Assembly (NCBI RefSeq): GCF_000743755.1
Contig: NW_014569539.1
Span: forward strand, 62,001-88,101
Reading direction: 5' to 3'
Length of the DNA stretch: 26,101 nt
Origin: Blastocystis sp. subtype 4
Taxonomy: Eukaryota
Numbering within the stretch: the stretch's first letter is position 1; each line of letters begins with the position of its first letter. The position numbers were made by a program, and so were the translations under genes. The notes beneath the pieces are model-generated. The model did no database searches, was not told the origin of the DNA, and worked only from the letters and a program-made list of their open reading frames with translations. This document shows, in pieces, positions 1 through 10,817 of the stretch.

Positions 1-1
1 T

Positions 2-3000
2 GATCGATTGATGGTCCTACGAGAGAGTGATATGGAACAGAGGTTTATGGCTGCTGTGAATACCGGGGATCTGTTGAATGCTCTTCAAATCGGTACGTAT
101 TATGCCAGGACGCTTCATGATTCATTGAATGCGGTAAGTGGAGCTGATACGAAACATGTAGAGGGAGAGATCCGACTTCAGTATTATTCCTTTGTCAACC
201 GTCTTTCCTCAGTAATTGTCCGATTTGCTGAATGTGATTCATCATTACCAGCAGAATTCATTTGTGGATCATGCTTTGATGCTCTCACACAGATTGATCG
301 TACTGACCTTCTCTACAGTTCTGTTCAGAGTGTTTGTGAACGAGGTACAAATGGTCTAACGATGGAGATATTCCTTCGAGTTCTTGCTTCGTATCTCCTT
401 ACAGGAGCGATTACGATGGTTCCATATACTCTTCTCTCACCTTTGATTCTCTCTGTTCCTGATTCTTCTCAACTGTATTCTCTGGAACAGGCTCTCACTC
501 GTATTGCTACTGATGACCTTACGGCCGCCTTGACTGTTCTGGCAGAGAAGGAACTGTTCCTTGCTTATGCTGCTCTTGCTATTCGAGAGCGGGGTTGTTA
601 TGCCATACCTCTTGGGGTTATTCATACTTGTCTTCAGTCGGATCGAAATAAGGACTATTTCAGTCAATATCCTCAGATCCTATCACCTACTGAACAGGCT
701 TCTCGTCATCTCTCTGCAGGAGCTGCTGGCCTGCTCGGCTTTTTCTACTTCCTTCTTCAGGCGAATGTGTTTGGTACGACTCTTACAGGGACATCACTCA
801 ATACATTGGGTCGTTGTGCCAACCAGGGTGACTGTTTCCGCTTCCTGCGCTGTGGAGCACTTCCAGGTGAACCTTCTTGTGACACAGATGTGTCACCAAT
901 TGGTGCATACACGAAGAGTGATGGCACCTTCCTTCTGGGTCTCTGTTTCTACGCATTGACAGTACGAGTGATTGCTGATGGAGCTGTTGCTACAACAGCT
1001 GATTCAGATGAGGACGATGAGTCAACTCGTGTCGCTGTTGAGAATGAGGGATATCGAGAACTGAATCGGATCACAAGTGATCAAATTGCTGGATGTCTTG
1101 TGTGGATGATCACTCATCCAACAGTACTGCAAGAATCAGACCTTCTTTTGGCATCGTATTTATTGCTCGTATTTATGGAATCCCATTATTCGCCTGAAGT
1201 CACATCTCAGGCTCAACTTCATTGCTATTCGTTCATTCATGAGCACAGTGAGTGTATTCGTAGAGAGAAGCTCTTAGGTGTTCTTGAGAACTATCCACTA
1301 ACTGAATCGTTGCGATCCCAAGTTTTGCACTTCCTGCTTGATTTGGGTTGTTTGCAGGAATGTGTACGAATTCTGGAAACGGCGAATGCGGTGTCTGAGG
1401 TAATCAGTATGTTGGTACGTGTGGCACGAAGTAGTGACCAGATGCAGGCCTGGAAAGAATGTGAGGTGTATTTGTCAAGAGTAAGAATTCCCGTGGGAAT
1501 GATATGTAGATTATCCGAACTGTAGCTGAGAGTAACGGGAATATGGATCAATTAGCGGAGCAGATTGCTCCTTTCTTTAATCTGCTTTTATTCTGGAATG
1601 ACCAAAAGAGTCCCTATTATTTGTTAATTGTTTGTAATGGGGATCATCAAAAAGTATTGGCTCATCTGGAGGAGAAGGCATCTTACATGTATCTGCGTCG
1701 CTTCTTGCTTCCAAGCACAATACCTTCTCTAGCCATCGGAACCAGTCTCTTAGAGGCAGTTCAGGTGAATTCACACACATCGATTACTCCCGCAGTTTTA
1801 TCACAATTTGCTCGAAGTTTGATGGAATGGGATAGGAGTCGTTTGGGGGAGTTTTTGCAGTCAAATACGATGTATGGAGATGAGATGGTTAATGATCCGT
1901 AGTTCAGAAGAACTGGCGAGAGAATTACTTTCGAAGTTGACCGAGAATGATCTGGAAAGTTCATGTTTGCTTCAAATCCGAGTGGGAAATGATGAGAGTG
2001 CAATGCAACATGTGAATGAGGAGTATGGACGTGTATGTGAACGGATTATTTCTGATTTGCGAAATGTGTTTAGTGTTCAGGATTTAGAAGTAAGTGATTG
2101 AGAATTGGATAAGAGATAGCGTGTATTTGTCAATATGCGAGAATTGGCGAATATTTCCCGTATTTTTGGAATTCTCTTTAATTCAGTTACTCGTTCTTGT
2201 ACATTTGCAGATATCGAAGCCACATATCTGGCTTCAGCATGGAGAACACTTCTTTTCAGCGTTATTAGTGTTGTATCAGCAATTCGACGCACACTCACAA
2301 TGAAAATCGAGTTGAACGGGAATCGGAAGGTAATCGCGGGACTGGAGTTATGTGAAGAAGTGTGTGGTTCAGAGTTACAACATATCTTAGAAGTTCTCCA
2401 GGGTATTATTCCTGTTTCTGTTTTACTTGGATGTGTGTTAGAGCGCAATGCCAATAGTACTGTTAAGGATCTCAGTGGAATTGTGAACAAAGTGTTGGGA
2501 ACTCTACAAAGTGATGTCAAAAATTATGCCAATTTTGTCAGTATCTTCCGTGGTGACTATAACACAGTTCTTCAATTAAAAGTTTCTGAATTGAAACGCC
2601 CGGTGAAAGCCCGGTACTGTGTATGTGGTGTATGCGGACGAACAGTCTCAGAGCAGGAATCTGTTCGTGTGTTTGCTTGTGGACATGTTGCTCATGAAGC
2701 ATGTTGTCACAGTAATTACTGTGAGATTTGCAATCAACAATCAGAAACAGTGAAGGGGGTGAGAGAGAGAATGAGAAATGAGATTTAGGCTGTGCGATTA
2801 GAGATGCTACCAACAGAACCTCGTCTGCCGACTGCAGAGATGGCACCTGAAGTGCTAGATGTCCAAACTCGGTGGAGAAACTGGCGTCAGGACAAGGATG
2901 AGAAGGAGAGATCGAATCTGATATCCATATTTCAAACACGTCAACGAACTGAGTTTATGAAACTGTTAGAGCCACCAGCATTGTTTTCAGCTGTACCTGC

Positions 3001-3100
3001 CTCATCAGCAAGTGAAGACACAATCATGCCTGAATCTGGTATATTGCCAATTCGACCTGAATACAAGGGAGATTGTATACTGTTACCTTCCAATGTTTAA
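2..3100 (+). CDS. VPS8: CORVET subunit Vps8-like protein with C-terminal RING-H2; 5' end lies outside the window
   Basis: Five ORFs join in frame through GT-AG introns 1481-1509, 1872-1902, 2090-2119 and 2759-2788. LEQALTRIATDDLTAALTVLAEKELFLAY...GCYAIPL resembles the Vps8 central domain. CGVC...FACGHVAHEAC...CEIC is a RING-H2. The frame is open from nt 2 and stops at TAA 3098-3100. Confidence 0.8.
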
Positions 3101-3130
3101 TGTGTTGATTGAAAACAGATTGCAAACTAC

Positions 3131-3883
3131 TTAACAATTACACTTCTCCGTCTTGGCTGGTTTCACGTCCTTCAAATCGATTACATCCGGAACATACTCC
3201 TCTTCCTCACTCTTTTGCGAAATCGCTTGCTTCAGAACATCAAGGAATGCCTCCTCGATGCCAATGTTATCCTTCGCACTCGTCTCATAGTAATGCATTC
3301 CCTAGTATTTATCCAGTACATCAAGGCAAACAGTAACACGACGTGATGTCGACCACTCCTCCACAGTTTCCTTTGTCACCTTGCGTTCCGTATCAGCTAA
3401 ATCCACCTTATTTCCCACAATGACGAAAGGGAAGTTCAGAGGATCGGAAGGTGAGGCAGCGACAAGGAAATCATCCTGCCACTTCTCTAGGCTCTTAAAT
3501 GACTAAAAATAATCTTAGTTGATACACCTATACTCGGATATTCGTCAGATCAAAGGCGAGAATACAGGCATCGGTTCCTCTATAGAAGGAAGAGCCTAAA
3601 CTCTGGAAACGTTCCTGTCCAGCGGTATCCCAGATCTAGAAGTGAACTGTGAGTGAGAAACACAATACTTGAAGAGTATAGGGAACATCGTCAATAACAA
3701 CATCGTGAGTGAAGAAATCAGCTCCAATTGTTGACTTATACTTGTCTGAGAACTTCTTGAAAACATATTGTCGAATAATGCAGGACTTGCCAACACTAGA
3801 AGAATGAAACGATTTGTATTTCACCACCTGCTATCTCCAAGGACAATCACTTTCAATGCAGCTTTTCTCTTTATTGTAGACAT
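3131..3883 (-). CDS. RAB7: Rab7-family small GTPase
   Basis: Introns 3796-3827, 3636-3668, 3503-3533 and 3302-3331. Spliced protein has [43 protein letters not shown] and a C-terminal CNC prenylation motif. Confidence 0.95.
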
Positions 3884-3985
3884 TGCAGACCAATTCACAA
3901 GATTATTGCGTATATTCGTTTTGAATTAATAACCGCGGTACATTTCCCCAAAATGGTTGTGTTTCAATACCAGTCAAAATGAGAT

Positions 3986-3993
3986 AACAAACA
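3986..3993 (-). terminator. TGTTTGTT 3'-end/polyadenylation motif (DDX52)
   Basis: AACAAACA on + strand; begins 5 nt after the in-frame T at 3998. Confidence 0.85.
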
Positions 3994-3997
3994 AATG

Positions 3998-6048
3998 AAA
4001 TGACAGAAGGTGTATCTACGGATGCCTTTGGACCCTTTTTGGCTCCTCTTTTTCTATCTCTGAAACAGTGCTTCCACTCCTACTTATGTCCCTTCTTTTT
4101 TCGATCAAACTTGGCTTGGGTTGTAATATCATCTCGTTTTATTGCATGCTTAGCCAAATGGCGTCGTTCGTTCTTATTGATCTTTTTCAACTGAAGCATC
4201 CATTCTGGAATATCACAGCCACTGATCTTCATGATATTGGCAATAGAACGCAACATCGGTTTATCCTCCTCCGTAAATAGAGTTATTGCCGTTCCTTTCC
4301 TTCCTGCACGTCCCGTTCGACCTACACGATGTACATAGTCAATTCCACTCTATTCCTTAAATACCCTCGAATTTCACACCTGTGGGAAATCATAATTAAC
4401 CACGGTATTTAGACCTAAGAAATCCAATCCTCGTCCCAAAAGGTCAGTAGCGATCAGAACCCACGATACACCAGTTCGGAACCGTGTAATGGCTTCATTG
4501 CGAGCAGCAGGAGAAAGATCACTATGAATCACATCGATGTTGACATCTGCGTTTAAACTCTCAACACACATCTCTACTCTCATAAGCAAGTTCATTGTAA
4601 AGCTGACGAGCTCGCTCCTTACTTTGTACAAATACCAACATAGGTGGCTCAAAGCGTTCTCTCAGCATATTCCGTAGTGCTAACAATTTGCCCTCCTCAG
4701 TTCCACAGTAACGAAGTGATTGAGTCACATTGGGATTTGAACCATTCCGTACACCCACGACAACACGTACAGGATCCCGTAATACAGTTCGAGCAAGTGA
4801 CTCAACACCCTTAGAATGAGAAAGAGAGAATGAACATACTTGAGGCAAAGTAGCAGAGAAAAGGAGACGTTGCAAGTGAGGATGCGTACAAGCAGCAAGG
4901 ATGGTATCAATCTGCTCTACAAACCCCTCTTCAAAGAGCTTGTCAGCTTCATCCATCACCAACATCTCAACTCTTATTGTAAGGAGACAATAACTCAGTT
5001 ACTGAGAGAAATCAATTCGATTTAGAGCAATGGTGCTGATGAGCCGTAATGGTGTGGATATGATGCAGTCAACTGGACCATTCTGGTTTATAACGCCAGC
5101 TATAGTGGACTACGAATGAGATGAGAACAAGAGAGGCTACCTTGGACAGAACGATAACATGGAACCCACAACCTGCTCCAAGCCGATTCATGTGGCGAGC
5201 TACCTGAGAAGCCAACTCCAGAGTAGGGGTCAGAATGATGGAGCGAATATGCTAAGAATGAGACTCCATTTGAAGGAAAACTGTGGAATCGGCTGTATTT
5301 AGATGTTGAAGGAGAGGAAGCAGATAGGCAGCTGTTTTACCGGACCCGGTTGGAGCAATACCTAGCAAGTCTCGACCATTTGAAACAATTGGTATAGACT
5401 GCATTTGAATTGGAGTTGGCTCTTTGTATTCTGAAAATCAGTGATACGACTTATTACTACCGAGTCCCTCAATATTATGAAGGATGTGACGTCTTAATGT
5501 TTCTTGATCTTTCCGGAACGACATTTCTGAAAAAGTAGTGATGGGAGCAGGAATGTCACCTCCCATCACAGAAATGTGCATTCGATGGCGAAATTCGTTA
5601 ATTTCATTCTCTCTAGATATTATTACCATCTTACACATCATACTTGGTCAGTGACTTTTCTGATTCGCTATTCAATACTCTAAGCTCCTTTTCTTTCGTT
5701 TCATTATCAATAGAAAGCTTTCTCTCTAGGTATGAGCAAAAACACAACAAGACCAAGCAAATACCTTTTCGCTCCCGTTTTCGACTCTTTACAGAACTTT
5801 CTTCATTCCTAAGAAAGTTAGATTGTTAAAAGTACCTCGTACTCCTGATTTCCATAATGGAAGAAATCAATTGACGAAGGAATATCCGTCTTGGATTTTT
5901 CAATCGATGCTCGTGTATTCAAATGTTCTACAATCAAGAATCATTCCATGCAATCACTGTTGTTTCTTTTGAAGAGGTTCTTCTCACTTTCCTTCAATCC
6001 TTTGAATTTAATTCCAGATGATAATAAGGAGAAGGCAGCTTGACTCAT
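3998..6048 (-). CDS. DDX52: DEAD-box RNA helicase DDX52/ROK1; stop probably completed by polyadenylation at 3998
   Basis: About 11 short introns. Motifs: [44 protein letters not shown] and the ROK1-type tail [23 protein letters not shown] at 6048 ([15 protein letters not shown]). Confidence 0.92.
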
Positions 6049-6065
6049 TCTAATCCAATTCTGTC

Positions 6066-6073
6066 AACAAACA
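6066..6073 (-). terminator. TGTTTGTT 3'-end motif (ELMOD)
   Basis: Minus strand reads TAA-GT-TGTTTGTT. Confidence 0.85.
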
Positions 6074-6075
6074 AC

Positions 6076-7228
6076 TTAAAACACTTTCTCTTGTACTTGT
6101 TTCAATATCATATCTTCAAATTCTGCCAATATAATTGGGAACTGCAGCAAGTTCTCCGGATGTTTCTCCGAATAGAAGGCATCAAAACTCGTGAATAAAC
6201 GACCTTCTCATTAACTTCCATCCCTTTCATTACAGAAAAACTCCTGATAGAAATGAAGAGCACGCTCTTCCAGTGACATGTGTGTTCCTTCTACATCAAC
6301 CGAGTAGAATTCATGATCTAACAGTCGTTTTGAAAGCCATTTGTTGATTAATCTACTATTCACTTCAGGATACACAATTACGCTGATAATTGGATGCCTG
6401 TAATTGCCATTGGATATCCACCTTTTGTTACATCCTTGTTTCTAAATAACAGAAACAGAACAAGTGTACTGGAGACAATTGATGGCATCGACAGTGTGTT
6501 CGCGACTATAGTACACTAGGTTGCTCAGACTCAGGACACCTAGTCCACGGAAATCTGTAGCTGGGTCACGACCCTGAAAACCAATCTCTCCCCATTGGGC
6601 AGTATATCGACTTTGAAGTGGCTAATTATCAAGTGACTGTATTATTAGAATACTGTATCAGGCATGAGATTTGTCCACAATTGATTCAATAGTGCTTCAT
6701 GATCAGGGTTCTCTTGATCATATCTGGATATAAACTATCTCCATTATCCAAACGCCTCTGCAGCTAATTGATCAACAACCTGAAGGGCCACATTGGTTCC
6801 TACAAGTTGGTGGAAACAGCTTGATATTTTGGCTCTAAATCTAACTGTTAACATATATATGAAAGCCAACTCATCATTATAATAGGAAGCTGATGAATTA
6901 ACCTTGGCTTCTGCTGTAAAAACTTTTGAGGCATAGTCAACATCAAATGGTTCATGCTTCAACAAGATCTTCTTTGTCTACACTTTATCCTTCAAAAACG
7001 ATGCAACATTCTCAAATTCGTTTCCATTCATAATACATTGACGAATACGATCCGTCATTTTGGAAGAAAAGTCAGTGCTACAGAGAATCCGTACAACTTC
7101 GGATTTTCCTATAATATTCACGCACTATAACGAGTACCAGTAACCAAACATATAATAGGATTGATCAAAACCCTCCAGAAGAGACTCCAGATGGAACTAA
7201 GATACGAAATGATCCAAGTGAAAGACAT
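6076..7228 (-). CDS. ELMO/CED-12 domain protein (ELMOD family, putative Arf/Arl GAP)
   Basis: Spliced protein has WGEIGFQGRDPATDFRGLGVLSLSNL and GYPMAITGI. The N-terminus is hydrophobic and followed by TGKSEVVRI, as in ELMODs. About 7 introns; TAA at 6078-6076. Confidence 0.9.
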
Positions 7229-7378
7229 TATGATATTATCACTTTTGGAATAACCTTCAGGTAAAGAGAAGGACATAGGAAGAAGAATGAGAGATAATCC
7301 TTAAGTCGCTATGAAACAGGAATAACCGTTTTCACGTCTCATGAATACATGTATACCAATTGGCAAATAATCAACAAG

Positions 7379-10300
7379 ATGAGTGAAGATGATTGTTGCC
7401 TGTAGGATTTCCGGATGCTCTCTGAATATGCAGAGTTAACTTCCACATTACTGCTAAACTAGGGTTTGGAGAATCCATTCGTGTATGTGGAAATATTAAG
7501 GAGCTAGGAATGAATAGTAACCAGAACTGCTTGGAACTTGTCACAACTAGTGAGAAGCATCGTGTTTTTTGTTTTCTTCACATTTAGGTATCCTCTCTGG
7601 TATAATTTGGAACCAATTCGATGTGAGAATGGTTATAATCTCGAATTCCATGTCCTTGTGTATTGTGGCAAGGAGTTGATTGTAGGCGATATCTGTGATT
7701 TCATTTATTTTCAGAGAGATGACTCAAAAGATGGATATAGTATTACTGTTACTGGTACAGGATTGGTTGAAGTCGATAACTGTTTTAGATAGCATGGATA
7801 TTATACATGCACTCGATGAGACAAAGGTACAACCTGTTTTGGCCACATCGTTATCCTGTATCTCTTCGTCCTCTTTGAACTCTGGTTCCAGGAAATCTAT
7901 CAAATCAGTAATTGGAGGAAAAGGTTTCTGATTATAGATTTCTGCTGTGGAAATTAAGCATAAGCCGGAATCGGACTATTCTCTTCTTTTAGTCTCTCAA
8001 GTATGTTTTATCGATCTATTTCATCTAGTTTCTTCCAATTAATCTAAAACGGAATGCAAAAGGATTATGGGAAGCTGAGTTTGATGAATTGCGTTTATTG
8101 GCGGGAATCACTTGGAAGAGTTACATTCATTCCTTCAATAGTAATGCTCGCTATGTTGGCTGTATTCCTCTGGGGATTGATGTCCCTGTCTCGGAACGCC
8201 ATCAAGTGGAAGAAATACTTAAAGAATTGAATTGTTTTCCCGTGTTTCTCGACGAGGAGGTTTTACGCAGCCACTATCACGGTTTCTGCAAGAAGATCTT
8301 ATGGCCAGTTCTTCATAACAGTGTCAATATGTTGGAATGGTGGGATGAATTGATTGACAGATTCGCCGAAGATAACATTTTCGCCAATCGGCCTTTGATG
8401 GATCGCTATTTCAATAGTTACTCGATCGTCAATGATACAATTGCACGATGTGTTGAACAATTGTGAGGGAGCTTCATTAGTATGATGAATAGACACAAAG
8501 AGAATGAGATTATTTGGATTCAGGGATATCAATTGATGCTTACTCCATCCTATTTGTCGAGAAAACTCAAATATCCGACTCACATCGGAATCTTCTTCCA
8601 TACTCCATTCCCCTCATCAGATGTATTTAGGATTCTGCCGTGTTAGCATTCACTAGATCTATGATTTGTAGGGCGAGATTCATTCCTCCATAGTCTTCTT
8701 ACGGTGAATCACATCGGATTTCATTTGTATGAATATTTGCGCCATTTCGCCAATGCGGCACGCCGAATGTTAGGTGTCCAATTACAGACAGGTCCTCGTG
8801 GTCAGATGTTTTTTGATTACAATGGACGAAGAGTGATAGCAAGCAGTTCATTTATGGGAATTGAACCAAACGTAATGAAGGAGTGTCTGAACACGGCAGA
8901 ATATCAGAATGAACGAGAACACTTATTACATATCATAGCAGGAAGACGAGCAGTAGTAACAGTAAGCTATTTAGAGAGACTAAAAGGCTTGCCCTTACAA
9001 TTGCAAGCAATCTCATCGTTATTAGAAAGTATGCCATCATTAGCATCAACAATAGTCTTCATTATTGTGGATATTCCTAATGAGAATGATTAGTAGTATG
9101 GTTTAGCCGCTGATGGATGTGTTGATTACGAACTGTCTTGTGATGAAGTTCAATCGATGGTTGCTCATATCAATGCTCAACATTCTGTTACTTCTCCTGT
9201 GATCTACTATCAGTCTGTTCCTTTTCTTTCTGCTTCTCAACGTGCTGCCATCTGGTCTGTTGGAGAGATCCTGGCTTGTACGCCTATTCGTGAGGGAATG
9301 AATGCTTTTCCATTGGAGTTCATCAGTGTTCACCATTTTCTTCCTCCTCACACACTTCCCAAGGGTGTTCTCATTCTCTCTGAATTCACAGCACCTGCTC
9401 GTGTCCTCAGTGGTTGTCTCTATGTGAACCCATGGTCAGTACTGGAAGTGCGGTCTGCTTATCGTAAAGCACTTCTCATGTCTGCCGAGGAACGAGAAGG
9501 TCGTTTCAGTAAACTTGAATCCTATGTGATGAACAACCCCACTAGCAACTGGATTACTCGTATGTTGGCTGCCATCAGCAGTGTTACCATCAACAGAGAT
9601 ATGAAGGAAGTCTCGTTGGGGTTTGGTTACTATCACCGTGTGGTCGAGATGGCTGCTAGTTTCACATTGCTTACACCGAGTATTGTTGGAAATCGATGGA
9701 TCGAAGCACGAAAAAGGGCAGTTTTTCTGGACTATGGAGGCACATTGGTGGATCAAGACAGTTATCGTGGGATTGACCGTTTGAAAGCTTTTTCAGGGAA
9801 AGGATCATTCCGTTCACCTCCATCCAATGTCCAAGAAGCTCTTACAGCGTTGTGTGGATGTGACCAGACGTGGGTGTTCATTGTGAGTGGAAGGAGTCGT
9901 GAGGAGATGGAGCTGAGTTTACAGTCTGTGCCATATCTTGGTCTGGCTTCAGAAGAGGGATACTTCTATCGTATGCCAGGGAAGTAAGAGGAATGAGAAT
10001 GATGAGAAGTAGAATCACATGGAACCGACTCGTAGATACTCACGAGGATAAGTGGAGAGAGATCTCACAAGCACTGATGCAGAGGTTCTGCAGTAGCACC
10101 AATGGAACATTTGTTGAGAGCAAGGAAAGTGCAGTATTATGGCAGTTCAAGGATGCAGATCCAGTAGGAGAGAGAGGGGTGAATGAGTAGTAGGACTTTG
10201 GTCAGATGCAAGCCATGGAGCTGGAAGACCAGTTACAGTCTGCTTTGGAAATGTTTGATGTGGAAGTGTTGAAGGGCCGTGACTATGTGCAGGTGCGTCC

Positions 10301-10746
10301 TCGGAATGTGAACAAAGGTGTGTTTGTGAGAGAGGTATTAGAGCTGCTGAATCATTCTTCTGAGTCTCCTGTCGATTTGGTGTTGTGTATGGGAGATGAT
10401 ACGACTGATGAGGCCATGTTTGAGGCTGCACAGGAGTATGTGAAAGAAGATCCACGTCATCGAGAGACGGTATTCACGGGAATTTGTGTTAATTGTAGAT
10501 AACGTGTACTATTGGAAGTAAGCCTTCAAAGGCTCAATATTACGTGTTGGATGTGTCAAATGTACACGAGATTCTAGAAAATATTGAGACAATTGTAAGT
10601 CTGTGAGGTTGTTCTAAGCAACAGATTTATCGAAGTGAGGCACAGAGAGATAATGCTACTAGAATTGCGGAGTCGCTGTAGGAGAAGATGAGAATAGATG
10701 AGAACATAGAGATGACTATGATTATGATGGAACTGTTTATATTTGA
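7379..10746 (+). CDS. CBM20 + trehalose-6-phosphate synthase (GT20) + trehalose-phosphatase (HAD) fusion; catalytic motifs degenerate
   Basis: CBM20-like N-terminus VNFHITAKLGFGESIRVCGNIKELG...YPLW. GT20 motifs YHGFCKKILWPVLH, GIFFHTPFPSSDVFR, REGMNAFPLEF and LILSEF...VNPW. TPP motifs FLDYGGTL, IVSGR, VNKG, GDDTTDE and CTIGSKPSKAQYY. Many 28-34-nt introns; TGA at 10744-10746. Confidence 0.92.
7557..7587 (+). other. GC-AG intron (31 nt) in the CBM20 region
   Basis: Among nearby donors, only the GC at 7557 joins ELVTTSEK to YPLWY in frame. GT donors at 7550, 7562, 7564 and 7571 all frameshift with acceptor 7587. Confidence 0.7.
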
Positions 10747-10770
10747 GTGATATGTAATATGATATCATAG

Positions 10771-10778
10771 TGTTTGTT
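10771..10778 (+). terminator. TGTTTGTT 3'-end motif (TPS-TPP)
   Basis: 24 nt spacer after the TGA. Confidence 0.85.
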
Positions 10779-10817
10779 AGTGAGACTTGGATCTGTATAT
10801 TTTAGTATCAATACGGA

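Noticed and set aside
2..3883. Vps8 next to Rab7 as a functional cluster
   Set aside because: CORVET/Vps8 works with Rab5, not Rab7, and the genes are convergent. Chance adjacency is sufficient.
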